From Edaphobacter aggregans (GTDB lineage Bacteria; Acidobacteriota; Terriglobia; Terriglobales; Acidobacteriaceae), in the NCBI RefSeq assembly GCF_003945235.1, contig NZ_RSDW01000001.1:5220001-5252000 (forward strand): DNA of 32,000 nucleotides, written 5' to 3'. Shown piece by piece: positions 8,668 through 17,523 of this stretch. Numbering within the stretch: the first letter of the stretch is position 1; each line of letters starts with the position of its first letter. The notes under the pieces are model-generated. The model saw nothing but the letters and a program-made list of their open reading frames with translations, ran no database searches and was not told where the DNA came from. Both the position numbers and the translations under genes were made by a program.

Positions 8668-9593
8668 CCGCTACGGCCAAACTCCATCTCCGCCTCCCCG
8701 CCACCTCCGCCAATCTCGGCCCCGGCTTCGACGCCCTTGGCCTGGCCATGGCCCTCTACCTCACCATCGACGCCGAGACGTCCGAAGCCTTCCGCATCGA
8801 AGCCACTGGCCGCAACGCCGACTTCTGCGCCTCGCTCGAAAACAACCTCATCCTGACCACCTACACCGACATCCTGACCACCAACAACCAGCCCGTACCC
8901 CCCCTTTTTCTCCGAATCCATAACGAAATCCCCCTCGGCATGGGCTGCGGATCCAGCGCAGCCGCCCTGTTGGCCGGAGTCTTCCTGGCCAGCCACTTCG
9001 GCAACCTGAACTGGACGGGCCAGCAAATACTCGAAGAGGCCGCACGCCGAGAAGGCCATCCCGACAATGTAGCCGCCTGTTATCACGGCGGGATGACGGC
9101 ATCGGCAATGTCAGGAAATGGCGTAATAACAGCAACATGCGGAGAAAACTTAACCTGGAACCTCCTGTTAGCTCTACCCTCCGCCAGCCTTGCCACAGAG
9201 AAGGCCAGAGCACTCCTCCCCCCGACCTATTCCCACGCCGACGCCGTAGCCAACATCCAGAACACCGCTCTCCTCGTAGCCGCCTTCGCCCAAAACCGCA
9301 AAGATCTCCTCCGCACCGCCATGCAGGACCGCATTCACCAGCCCTACCGCATGGAAGCCTGCCCCCTGCTTCCCCGCCTTCTTCCCTTAGCCGGAACCTC
9401 AGGCATCCTGGGCGTTGCTCTAAGTGGAGCCGGCCCGTCAGTCCTCCTCATTACAGATGAATCCAACCCAACCACCCTGCTCCCACTCATCCGCCAGGCC
9501 GCAGAAGACCCCACCGTCGAAATCCTTCAGACCACCATATCCGCCGGGGCGACCAGTCTCATAGAGCAGATAGAGAAGTCACAACTACGGTAA
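8664..9593 (+). CDS. thrB: homoserine kinase
   Basis: GHMP-kinase motifs ATSANLGPGFDALGLA and PLGMGCGSSAAA. ATGA overlap with the thrC stop. Confidence 0.9.
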   Translation: MTATAKLHLRLPATSANLGPGFDALGLAMALYLTIDAETSEAFRIEATGRNADFCASLENNLILTTYTDILTTNNQPVPPLFLRIHNEIPLGMGCGSSAAALLAGVFLASHFGNLNWTGQQILEEAARREGHPDNVAACYHGGMTASAMSGNGVITATCGENLTWNLLLALPSASLATEKARALLPPTYSHADAVANIQNTALLVAAFAQNRKDLLRTAMQDRIHQPYRMEACPLLPRLLPLAGTSGILGVALSGAGPSVLLITDESNPTTLLPLIRQAAEDPTVEILQTTISAGATSLIEQIEKSQLR

Positions 9594-9882
9594 TCCCCAT
9601 AAAGTTACCTAAGATTTCTTTACGTTTTGCCAGTTCCTTCGTACCTTAGCCGAGTGGGCAGTTCTGGGGAGGGCTGCTACGCCGCCCGTTGACCCCTCTC
9701 TGAGGGGTCCGGGCGTTTACTCTTTAACCCTGCATTTTGCCCATACTACTTTCGCACTAGGCCCTATTTTCAATGTGATCTGACACTTCTGAAACCACCA
9801 GCCCTGCCGAGCATCTATTATTGTGAAGGTTGTGTTGCAAAGACGGGTGGTAAATCAGCAGCACACCCTTGGAGGAAGGTAA

Positions 9883-10215
9883 ATGGCAGGTCAGTTCGTA
9901 ACCGAAGTAAACGATGCAAACTTTGAGAAAGATGTACTACAGTCCGATCAACCGGTCCTGGTAGATTTCTGGGCTGCGTGGTGTGGCCCCTGTAGAGCGC
10001 TTGCGCCCGTTGTCGATGAAGTCGCGAGCCACTATCAGGGCAAGCTCAAAGTCATGAAGATGGATGTCGACGCCAACACTGCAACGCCGATGCGTTACGG
10101 CATTCGCGGAATCCCCGCGCTGTTGCTCTTCAAGGGCGGCAAAGTAGCCGAACAAATCGTAGGTTTCGTCCCCAAGGACACCATCGACAAGTCCGTCATC
10201 AAAGTTCTGGCGTAA
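9883..10215 (+). CDS. trxA: thioredoxin
   Basis: 110 aa with WAAWCGPCR active site. GGAGGAAGG Shine-Dalgarno just upstream. Confidence 0.95.
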   Translation: MAGQFVTEVNDANFEKDVLQSDQPVLVDFWAAWCGPCRALAPVVDEVASHYQGKLKVMKMDVDANTATPMRYGIRGIPALLLFKGGKVAEQIVGFVPKDTIDKSVIKVLA

Positions 10216-10237
10216 GCAAAAGCTCACGCACAATTAC

Positions 10238-10272
10238 GGCCCGGCGACCACAAATCGCCGGGCCATTGTTTT
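10238..10272 (+). terminator. Rho-independent terminator of trxA
   Basis: Perfect 9-bp stem GGCCCGGCG (10238-10246) / CGCCGGGCC (10256-10264), followed by ATTGTTTT. Confidence 0.8.
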
Positions 10273-10371
10273 GGACGTATCAATTTCTTTCGCGAAAGCA
10301 CCGAGCTATTCGGGCACCCGAATGTACTATGTTTCCTTGCAGACATACGACTAACAACAGGGACGAATACC

Positions 10372-11109
10372 ATGGGCGTGCTGAACCACTTCTTCTCCCC
10401 GTGGGGCTTGCTGCTCCAGGGATTGGCGATAGTCCACTTTATTCGGCGTCGACCAGACAATTATTGGATTTTCATCATTCTGTTCCTTGGCCCAGTCGGT
10501 GCAACAATCTATCTTTTTGTCGAAGCGCTTCCCGATATTGGTCTCGTAGGCCACTCATTCAAGCATTTTTCCCGCCGGAAGCGTATTGGCCAACTCGAAG
10601 CTGCGATTCGTGACAATCCATCGGCTGGGAATTACGAAGAACTGGGCGATCTTTACATGGACGACGGCAGTCTCCAGTCGGCGCGAGCAGCGTTCGACAA
10701 AGCCATCGCCGCCCGCGCCAATACGCTTGATCCTTTTTATAGGCGCGGTGTTTGTGCCATCGAGTTAGGCGATGCCGTAGCGGCGTTGCCTGATCTGGAA
10801 CGAGCGGTCGGCGAAGATCCCGACCATGATTTTCATCGTGCAGCTGGACTGCTCGCCCACGCCTACGCGCAGACCGGACAAAAAGAAAAAGCCGAAGCGC
10901 TCTTCCGTCGTGTAACGATCATATCGACCTCGTCGGAGACTTACTTAAATTTCGCGGATATGCTGGCGTCCGAAGGGCGCAACTCCGAAGCACGTGAATG
11001 GGCGCAAAAAGTACTCGACAAGAAGCCAACGATGCCCGGCTACCTGCGTCGTCGAGAGCGGCGGTGGTTCCGTTCCGCAAATGCAATGCTAAAACGACTT
11101 CCTGTGTGA
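10372..11109 (+). CDS. membrane-anchored tetratricopeptide-repeat protein
   Basis: Two N-terminal hydrophobic segments (WGLLLQGLAIVHFI, YWIFIILFLGPVGATIYLFV) resembling a PLD-N/cardiolipin-synthase-N type anchor. These are followed by TPR-like repeats (YEELGDLYMDDGSLQSARAAFDKAI...). Confidence 0.6.
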   Translation: MGVLNHFFSPWGLLLQGLAIVHFIRRRPDNYWIFIILFLGPVGATIYLFVEALPDIGLVGHSFKHFSRRKRIGQLEAAIRDNPSAGNYEELGDLYMDDGSLQSARAAFDKAIAARANTLDPFYRRGVCAIELGDAVAALPDLERAVGEDPDHDFHRAAGLLAHAYAQTGQKEKAEALFRRVTIISTSSETYLNFADMLASEGRNSEAREWAQKVLDKKPTMPGYLRRRERRWFRSANAMLKRLPV

Positions 11110-11143
11110 AGATTCGGTATTAAACTCTCTTGTTTGGTCTGCT

Positions 11144-11172
11144 ATTACACTTGCATGCATGCTCGAGTGGCT
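11144..11172 (+). repeat. 29-nt duplicated sequence, copy A (ATTACACTTGCATGCATGCTCGAGTGGCT), upstream of the aldo/keto reductase
   Basis: 28/29 identical to 12824-12852. Similarity decays over the next 8 nt. Confidence 0.85.
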
Positions 11173-11193
11173 ACCCTCCCATCTAAGGCTTCT

Positions 11194-12042
11194 ATGAGCG
11201 ACTTCCTCCTAGGCAACGACCTCCCCATCAATCGACTCGGCTTCGGAACCATGCGTCTCGTCAACGAAGGAGCATGGGGCGAACCCACCGACCGCGAGCA
11301 GATGCGCAACCTACTTCGCCGAGCCGTCGCTCTCGGCATCAACTTCATCGACACCGCCGACGCCTACGGCCCATTCATCGCCGAAGACATCATCGCCGAG
11401 GCCCTCCACCCTTACCCATCCAACCTCGTCATCGCCACCAAGGGAGGCATCACCCGCCAGGGCCCGGCCAAAGCCGCCCCATGCGGCCGCGCGCCCTACC
11501 TTCATCAATGCATCGAGATGAGCCTCCGCCGTCTCCGTCTCGAGCGCATCGACCTCTACCAACTCCATCGCATCGACCCCGAAACACCCCTCGAAGAATC
11601 CCTCGGCAAGCTAGCAGAGCTACAACAGCAAGGAAAGATCCGCCACATCGGACTCTCCGAAGTCACCGTCGATCAGATCAAGCAAGCCAGCCGCATCGTC
11701 CCCATCGTCTCCGTACAAAACAAATACAGCATCGCCGAGCGCAAGCACGAAGCCGTCCTCGAATACTGCGAACAGCACAACATCGCCTTCATTCCCTGGT
11801 ACCCGCTAGCCGCCAACCGCCTAAGCGGCAACGAAGCACTCACCGACTTTGCCCGCGACCGCAGCATGACCCTCAGCCAACTCATGCTGGCATGGCTCCT
11901 GCAAAAATCGCCCGTCATGGTGCCGATCCCCGGAACCTCCTCCATCGCCCACCTTGAAGAGAACGTTGCCGCGCAATCCCTTCAACTCACCGCCGAAGAC
12001 GCAAATGCCCTTGAACAGCTAGACACCGCACCGGCATCCTAG
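11194..12042 (+). CDS. aldo/keto reductase
   Basis: ORF track 11134..12042; start placed at MSDFLLGNDLPINRLGFGTMRL. GINFIDTADAYGP and the C-terminal IPGTSSIAHLEEN are AKR hallmarks. Confidence 0.85.
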   Translation: MSDFLLGNDLPINRLGFGTMRLVNEGAWGEPTDREQMRNLLRRAVALGINFIDTADAYGPFIAEDIIAEALHPYPSNLVIATKGGITRQGPAKAAPCGRAPYLHQCIEMSLRRLRLERIDLYQLHRIDPETPLEESLGKLAELQQQGKIRHIGLSEVTVDQIKQASRIVPIVSVQNKYSIAERKHEAVLEYCEQHNIAFIPWYPLAANRLSGNEALTDFARDRSMTLSQLMLAWLLQKSPVMVPIPGTSSIAHLEENVAAQSLQLTAEDANALEQLDTAPAS

Positions 12043-12090
12043 GGTCAGTTGCGAAACCGAACTTGGCATGGATTACGAGCCTTATAAAAG

Positions 12091-12144
12091 GTGTCATCCT
12101 GAGCGAAGACGCGCGTTTTTGCGCGTCAGAGTCGAAGGACCTGC
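12091..12144. repeat. modular intergenic repeat, locus 5 (GTCATCCTGAGCGAAG...CGAAGGACCTGC module carrying an inserted 7-bp-stem hairpin)
   Basis: gtgtcatcctgagcgaag + GACGCGC gttttt GCGCGTC (12108-12127) + agagtcgaaggacctgc. Located between the convergent aldo/keto reductase and the 12185 ORF. Confidence 0.7.
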
Positions 12145-12184
12145 AGCTTGTCTGCACCGGCTACAAATTTTTGCTTGAGACTGA

Positions 12185-12745
12185 TCACTTACTCCCCGCA
12201 AGCATAAACAGGTCAGGCACAACGTGGCACGTCTTTCCAGCCGACGCACTCCAACGCGAGCCATCCGCATACTCCACCGACTCCAGATCAACTCGACTGA
12301 CAGTTGCAAGCGGCCGAAGTATCAAATCAGTACTAGCCTTCTTCCCACCATCCACACTCAGCTTCAGATCCACTGTCTTGGTAAGTTCCGATGAACCCTC
12401 AGCATCGCGATCCACCGGCGAGATACGAGCCTTCGCGTCATATCCATGCACCGTAACGGTCATCGCGACAATCGCATTCACCTGCCAGTTGTCGAACATC
12501 AGGTGAACCTGTGGCGCGGCTACATACCTGTTCGAGCCATCAACAATCACCACGTTGCCCAGCCCCTGACGCTGTGCGCGCAACCCAACCGGACAGTTCG
12601 CGCCGGAAAAATAAGCCGATTGTCCAGGATAGAGGAACACCTTACTAGGCGAAGGCTGATCAGACTTAGGTGGCGTCAGGTTCTGCGCAGACCCAGCAAC
12701 GGAACAAAGAAGAACCACGAGGAAGGCACCAGACACACGGTTCAC
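12185..12745 (-). CDS. secreted hypothetical protein
   Basis: Signal peptide MNRVSGAFLVVLLCSVAGSAQN. G/T-ending codon usage consistent with a minus-strand resident gene. No family recognised. Confidence 0.6.
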   Translation of the reverse strand: MNRVSGAFLVVLLCSVAGSAQNLTPPKSDQPSPSKVFLYPGQSAYFSGANCPVGLRAQRQGLGNVVIVDGSNRYVAAPQVHLMFDNWQVNAIVAMTVTVHGYDAKARISPVDRDAEGSSELTKTVDLKLSVDGGKKASTDLILRPLATVSRVDLESVEYADGSRWSASAGKTCHVVPDLFMLAGSK

Positions 12746-12823
12746 GGCACACCTCCGAAAACCCTGGCAGCAACATTACTCCTCGCCGGACTCCCTTATC
12801 AATCCGTCCAACACCGCCCACCC

Positions 12824-12852
12824 ATTACACTTGCATTCATGCTCGAGTGGCT
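12824..12852 (+). repeat. 29-nt duplicated sequence, copy B; contains the start codon of the CNNM/CorC gene
   Basis: ATTACACTTGCATTCATGCTCGAGTGGCT. The ATG at 12839 begins MLEWLLFRVILV... Confidence 0.85.
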
Positions 12853-14233
12853 TCTCTTCCGCGTGATCCTGGTGGCCTTCTTCATCCTGGCCAGCAGCTT
12901 CTTCGTCGCCGCTGAATTCGCCCTTGTCAGCGTCCGCGAGACACGCATCCAGCAGCTCATCGCCATCGGCCGGCCCGGCGCCCGCACCGCCCTCAAGCTC
13001 AAGCACTCCATCGACGAATTCCTCCCTGCCGTCCAACTCGGAGTCACCGTCGCAGGTTTGGCCCTCGGCTGGATCGGTGAACCCGCCGTAGCCGACACCA
13101 TCCTCCACTTCGCCGAAGCCTGGTTCCACGTGCTTCCCCCGCACGCCGTCATCTACGCCCACACCATCGCTGTCATCATCGCCTTCTCGCTGATCACCTA
13201 CTTCGAAGTCCTCCTCGGCGAACTCGTCCCCAAGTCCCTCGCTCTCCAACGAGCCGAGCGCATCGCCCTCGCTGTCGCCGGGCCCATGGATGTCTTCATC
13301 CGCATCACACGCCCCGTCGTCAATCTGCTGAACGTCTCCGCTGGCGTCGTCCTCAAGCTCTTCCGCGCACCCCTCCGTGGCGAAGGCGCCGTCCACTCCC
13401 CCGAAGAGCTCAAGCTCATCGCCACCGCCACCCGCCGCATGGGCCTCCTCCCCGTCTTTCAAGAGGAGATCATCCATCGCGCCATCGAGCTCAACCACGT
13501 CACCGTCCGCGAGATCATGACCCCTCGCGGCAAAATCTTCTCCCTTCCTGCCGACATGCCCATCGAACAAGCCAGTGCCCGCATCGTCGAAGAGCAGCAT
13601 TCCCGCGTCCCCGTCTACGAACCCGCCAACGGCCCCGAGAACATCATCGGCATCGCCTACTCCAAGGACATCTCCCGCCTCATGCACTTCCGCAGCGTCG
13701 CTCTCGGCCTCGGCGGCAAAGGCACCACCGGCCTCACCCTACGCCAGGTCATGCGCGAAATCCCCGTAGTCCCCGAGACCAAGCTAGCCATCGAGCTCCT
13801 CCAGGAGTTCCAGGAGAGCCGCCGCCACATCGCCGTAGTCGTTGACGAGTTCGGTTCCACCGTCGGCATCGTCACCGCCGAAGACATCCTCGAGCAGATC
13901 GTCGGTGAGCTCGACGATGAATTCGACATTGCCCGCCCCGCCTTCCTCAGCACCACTGGCGTCATGTCCATCGACGGCAGCACACCCCTCCGCGACCTCG
14001 GCACGCAACTCCACTGGGCCTTCCCGCGCGAAGCAGGCGTCGAAACTCTCGCCGGCTTCCTCCTAGCCCACATCGGCCACATCCCCAACGTCGGCGAAAG
14101 CGTCACCTACGGAGGCCGCCGCTACACCGTAGCCGAGATGACCGGCCGCCGCATCAGCCGAGTCACCGTCGAAACCATCGCCGAACCCAACCAACCCCAC
14201 ATCGAATCCGCCAGCAGGGAACTGAAAGCATGA
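12839..14233 (+). CDS. CNNM/DUF21-CBS-CorC_HlyC family protein (hemolysin/CorC-like divalent cation efflux)
   Basis: ORF track 12446..14233; start placed at MLEWLLFRVILVAFFILASSFFVAAEFALVS (DUF21 start). A CBS pair region and a C-terminal GFLLAHIGHIPNVGESVTYGGRRYTVAEMTGRRISRV (CorC_HlyC) follow. Confidence 0.85.
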   Translation: MLEWLLFRVILVAFFILASSFFVAAEFALVSVRETRIQQLIAIGRPGARTALKLKHSIDEFLPAVQLGVTVAGLALGWIGEPAVADTILHFAEAWFHVLPPHAVIYAHTIAVIIAFSLITYFEVLLGELVPKSLALQRAERIALAVAGPMDVFIRITRPVVNLLNVSAGVVLKLFRAPLRGEGAVHSPEELKLIATATRRMGLLPVFQEEIIHRAIELNHVTVREIMTPRGKIFSLPADMPIEQASARIVEEQHSRVPVYEPANGPENIIGIAYSKDISRLMHFRSVALGLGGKGTTGLTLRQVMREIPVVPETKLAIELLQEFQESRRHIAVVVDEFGSTVGIVTAEDILEQIVGELDDEFDIARPAFLSTTGVMSIDGSTPLRDLGTQLHWAFPREAGVETLAGFLLAHIGHIPNVGESVTYGGRRYTVAEMTGRRISRVTVETIAEPNQPHIESASRELKA

Positions 14234-15186
14234 ACGACGCACCTCGGCCCTTCTGGAAGCCTCTCCGCCGCATCCTAATCACCCTCCCGGTCCTCTGGGT
14301 CGTAGTCTCCGTCGTCTTCCTCCTCATCCACCTAGTCCCCGGCGACCCCATCGTGCAGATGCTCGGCGAAGGAGCCACCGCCTCCGACATCGACGCCCTC
14401 CGCCACTCCTACGGCCTCGACGCCCCACTCACCCAGCAGTACACCCACTACTGGCACGGCATCCTCCACGCCGACCTCGGCCAATCCCTCCGCCTTCACG
14501 ACTCCGTCACCCACCTTATCCTCCAGCGCTACCCCTACACCCTCGCTCTCACCCTCGCCGCACTCCTCATCGGCATCGCCATCTCCATCCCCGCAGGAAT
14601 CTGGTCCGCCCTCCACCGAAACCGCTGGCAAGACCGCACCCTCGGAGTCCTCTCCCTCGTCGGCCTATCCTTCCCCAACTTCGCCCTCGGCCCCATCCTG
14701 ATCCTCATCTTCTCCATCTCATTAGGCTGGCTCCCTGTCTCAACCGCAGGCGACGGCACCCTAACCAGCTTCCTCCTCCACCTGATCCTCCCCGCCATCA
14801 CCCTCGGCCTCGGACTAGCCGCCATCCTCACCCGCATGGTCCGCACCGCCATGCTCGAAGAGCTAAACCAGGACTACATCCGCACCGCACGCGCCAAAGG
14901 TCTCACCGAAAACGCCGTCGTCTACCGCCACGCCCTCCGCAACGCATTGATCCCGGTCCTCACGGTCATCGGCCTCCAGTTCGGCAGCCTCCTCGCCGGA
15001 GCAATCGTCACCGAAACCATCTTCAGCTGGCCCGGCATCGGCCGCCTCACCCTCTCCGCCATCTCCAACCGCGACTACGCCCTGGTCCAGGGCTGCATTC
15101 TGGCCGTAGGCCTAACCTACGTAGCCGTAAACCTCCTCACCGACATCGCCTACACCATAGCCAACCCCCGCATCCGGACCAGCTAA
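14230..15186 (+). CDS. ABC transporter permease, DppB/OppB-like
   Basis: N-terminal ILITLPVLWVVVSVVFLLIHLVPGDP and the EAA region YIRTARAKGLTENAVVYRHALRNALIP are typical of the peptide/nickel permease B subunit. ATGA overlap with the upstream CNNM gene. Confidence 0.85.
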   Translation: MNDAPRPFWKPLRRILITLPVLWVVVSVVFLLIHLVPGDPIVQMLGEGATASDIDALRHSYGLDAPLTQQYTHYWHGILHADLGQSLRLHDSVTHLILQRYPYTLALTLAALLIGIAISIPAGIWSALHRNRWQDRTLGVLSLVGLSFPNFALGPILILIFSISLGWLPVSTAGDGTLTSFLLHLILPAITLGLGLAAILTRMVRTAMLEELNQDYIRTARAKGLTENAVVYRHALRNALIPVLTVIGLQFGSLLAGAIVTETIFSWPGIGRLTLSAISNRDYALVQGCILAVGLTYVAVNLLTDIAYTIANPRIRTS

Positions 15187-15199
15187 TCCGCCATCGCCG

Positions 15200-15423
15200 C
15201 TTTTTGCTGTTGCTGTTGTCTTTGCTGTTGTTGTTGCCTTTGCTGTTGTCGTTGCCTTTCTGTTTGTCATCCTCGAAGAGGATCTGCTGTTGCTGTTGCC
15301 GTTCCTGCTGCATTTGCTCTTTTTGTTGTCATCCCGCAGGGATCTGCTGTTGTCGTTGTTTTTGCTGTTGCTGTTGTCTTTGCCTGTCATTCTGAGCCGA
15401 AGGCGAAGAACCCCCGCATTTCG
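15200..15423. repeat. modular intergenic repeat array, locus 2
   Basis: T/G-rich 18-nt-periodic stretch (CTTTGCTGTTGTYGTTGC). Mini-hairpins TGTCATCCTCGAAGAGGATCTGC (15265-15287) and TGTCATCCCGCAGGGATCTGC (15327-15347). Module TGTCATTCTGAGCCGAAGGCGAAGAACCCCCGCATTTCG (15385-15423). Confidence 0.85.
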
Positions 15424-15539
15424 CCCGTAGCGGCCACAACCCACAGGGATACCCCAAAAACACCAACCCAATACCGCAAACGATGTACGTCCCGCCCTAC
15501 CACCAATTAGCCAAAATCCTGTAGCTTGAAAAGAGAAGC

Positions 15540-16184
15540 ATGAACCGCCTCCTCGCAGCGCTCTTCCTCCCCTTGCTGTCGGCGCCACTCGTCTCGCAGA
15601 GTGCGCCCGTCACCCCCGCCATCCTCGCCCCCAAGCCAGCACCCGAGCCCACCACCCCCGCCGCTCGTCCCTTCCGCGACAACCGTTACGGAGTCTCCAT
15701 CCAGATCCCGACCGCCTGGAACCTCAGTCGCCGCGACGGCGACCTCAGCACCTACAACCTCGACGCCCGCACCGCCTCCCGCAGCGCCCAGCTACGAGCC
15801 GTAGCCAACATCGCCTTCAACCCCTACCCCACCTCCACCTTCAGTGGAGCGCTCTTCTACTTCACCGTCACCCCCCGCCTGCTCGAGACCCAGTGCCGAG
15901 CCCAGGCCACCGCGCAAGCTCCTCGCACCATCACCACCACCCCCATCGGCGGCGTCCCCTTCACCCACGGCTACGACCAGCACGGCACCATCTGCACCGA
16001 AGCGCGCGATGAGATCTACACCACCGTTCACAACAACGCCTGCTACCGTTTCGATCTCGTCATCAACACCTTCTGCGGAGGCGAAGTCAGCGGAGGAGCC
16101 CGCGACATGACCCCTCAACAACTAGACGCCATCCGCAAGCGCCTCGAATCCATCCTCGACACCGTCCAGTTCGATGACAAATAG
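15540..16184 (+). CDS. secreted hypothetical protein
   Basis: Signal peptide MNRLLAALFLPLLSAPLVSQSAP. C-ending codon usage like neighbouring plus-strand core genes. No family recognised. Confidence 0.6.
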   Translation: MNRLLAALFLPLLSAPLVSQSAPVTPAILAPKPAPEPTTPAARPFRDNRYGVSIQIPTAWNLSRRDGDLSTYNLDARTASRSAQLRAVANIAFNPYPTSTFSGALFYFTVTPRLLETQCRAQATAQAPRTITTTPIGGVPFTHGYDQHGTICTEARDEIYTTVHNNACYRFDLVINTFCGGEVSGGARDMTPQQLDAIRKRLESILDTVQFDDK

Positions 16185-16194
16185 CAGAGCATTA

Positions 16195-16340
16195 GTTGTC
16201 GTTGCAGTTGCATTTCCTCTTCTGGTTGTCATCCCGTAGGGATCTGCTTTTGCCGTTGTCGTTGCATTTTACCGTTGCTTCCCCAGCCTCAACCCTGTCA
16301 TTTCGACCGAAGCGAAGCGCAGCGAAGAAACCCGCACCTC
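16195..16340. repeat. modular intergenic repeat array, locus 3
   Basis: GTTGTCGTTGCAGTTGC, mini-hairpin TGTCATCCCGTAGGGATCTGC (16227-16247), and a divergent TGTCATTTCGACCGAAGCGAAGCGCAGCGAAGAAACCCGCACCTC module (16296-16340). Confidence 0.8.
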
Positions 16341-16379
16341 TACCTTGCCGCCCACCCAGCCCTAAACAATCTCCCCGTA

Positions 16380-16416
16380 GTCACCAAGCCCACCGTAACC
16401 GGCAAAGCAAACCGCC
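16380..16416 (-). pseudogene. 37-nt relic copy of the 3' coding sequence of the yfcE-like phosphoesterase gene
   Basis: 35/37 identical to 17108-17144. In the yfcE frame it would encode RRFALPVTVGLVT, identical to the gene product, because both mismatches are synonymous (GGG/GGC, CTG/TTG). Confidence 0.6.
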
Positions 16417-16435
16417 GAAGCACCCCACGCTTGAG

Positions 16436-17053
16436 CTAGCACGGATGCCGCGCACTCTTCTTGTCCTTACCATCGTCATCTGTTGACAATTCATAGCAAT
16501 AGGCGGGCTTATAAGTGTTGCCGTCGAATTCGTCCACCTCAATTACAACATCCATAGTGTGGCCCATCCTGATGGCTGAAGAGACGTCGTGCATCCCATG
16601 ATGAGAGGTTGGTTCCGCACTAATCCCCACCCCAACGTTCTCCATCAGCAGAACAACCCCTCCACCCACTCTTTTGAAGAGCCACGAAGGACTGTTTACA
16701 CCATTCGCACCACTGAGCGGGTTATCCGAAGTTCCATCGACGAGAATCGCATCTGGACCGTGCTCCTCCAGCCTCAGAAAGCTTACCGTTGAATTCAACG
16801 CAAGCTCCCGCAATTTGTCTGCGTCGTCTTGACCAGAGCCCTTCATGTCCTCGATCAGAACAGTACTGATGTCATCGCGTATTTTGGCCGGAAGCTTCGC
16901 ATTTCGCAGCCGTACAAGTTTCGGTGCCACGGCAGTGTGAGACTGCGCGTAAATAATTTGAGGAAACGACAGTAGAAGCAGAAGGCTGGCAGCTGCACGC
17001 ATCGGTACGATCACCCTAGCCACACCTCCTCCACCGGTCAAGGTGTTTTTCAC
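16436..17053 (-). CDS. secreted hypothetical protein
   Basis: Track start is GTG 17053, overlapping the yfcE-like stop (GTGA). An alternative ATG at 17002 gives signal peptide MRAAASLLLLLSFPQIIYAQS. AT-richer, balanced codon usage unlike its neighbours. Confidence 0.55.
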   Translation of the reverse strand: MKNTLTGGGGVARVIVPMRAAASLLLLLSFPQIIYAQSHTAVAPKLVRLRNAKLPAKIRDDISTVLIEDMKGSGQDDADKLRELALNSTVSFLRLEEHGPDAILVDGTSDNPLSGANGVNSPSWLFKRVGGGVVLLMENVGVGISAEPTSHHGMHDVSSAIRMGHTMDVVIEVDEFDGNTYKPAYCYELSTDDDGKDKKSARHPC

Positions 17054-17517
17054 TCGGGCTCGTTCAGTATCTCCACAATCCGAGCCTTCACCCCACCCTG
17101 ACCCACCGTCACCAGCCCCACCGTAACCGGCAAAGCAAACCGCCTCGGCCCAGCACTCCCCGGATTCAAATACATCACCCCACCCTTCGTCTCCACTGAA
17201 GCCTTATGCGAGTGCCCACTCACCACCACATTCACCCCTGCTGCCTCCGGCTTGATATCCAGATCATGCACCGAGTGCACCAGATAAAACACAGTCCCAT
17301 CCAACTCCACCATCTCCGTGGCAGGAAGCTTCGCACAAGCCCCCAACACATCCACATTCCCCCGAATCGCCGTCACTGGAGCGATCTCCCGCAGCGCATC
17401 CAGTATCTCGACGCTCCCCACATCACCGGCATGAAGAATATGCTCCGCCTCAGCCAAAGCCACCAGAGCCTCCGGCCTTAGCAGCCCATGCGTATCCGAG
17501 ATTACCCCAATCAACAT
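17050..17517 (-). CDS. YfcE/MJ0936-family metallophosphoesterase
   Basis: MLIGVISDTHGLL, HAGDVGS, GNVD, SGHSHK and NPGSAGPRR motifs in canonical order; 155 aa. Confidence 0.9.
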   Translation of the reverse strand: MLIGVISDTHGLLRPEALVALAEAEHILHAGDVGSVEILDALREIAPVTAIRGNVDVLGACAKLPATEMVELDGTVFYLVHSVHDLDIKPEAAGVNVVVSGHSHKASVETKGGVMYLNPGSAGPRRFALPVTVGLVTVGQGGVKARIVEILNEPE

Positions 17518-17523
17518 AGTCCG

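Noticed and set aside
12746-12838. Metal riboswitch (M-box or yybP-type) ahead of the CNNM/CorC gene.
   Set aside because: Only 93 nt are available and no recognisable conserved helices were seen. The region instead contains the duplicated 29-mer.
15112-15588. ORFs reading through the repeat arrays (15112..15588 minus strand, 15204..15395, 2117..2470, 21757..22059, 21383..21859, 16196..16486).
   Set aside because: The translations are low-complexity (Cys/Leu/Ser or Lys/Asn/Ser/Thr runs) produced by the repeats. They lack RBS context and the same 'peptides' recur at every repeat locus.
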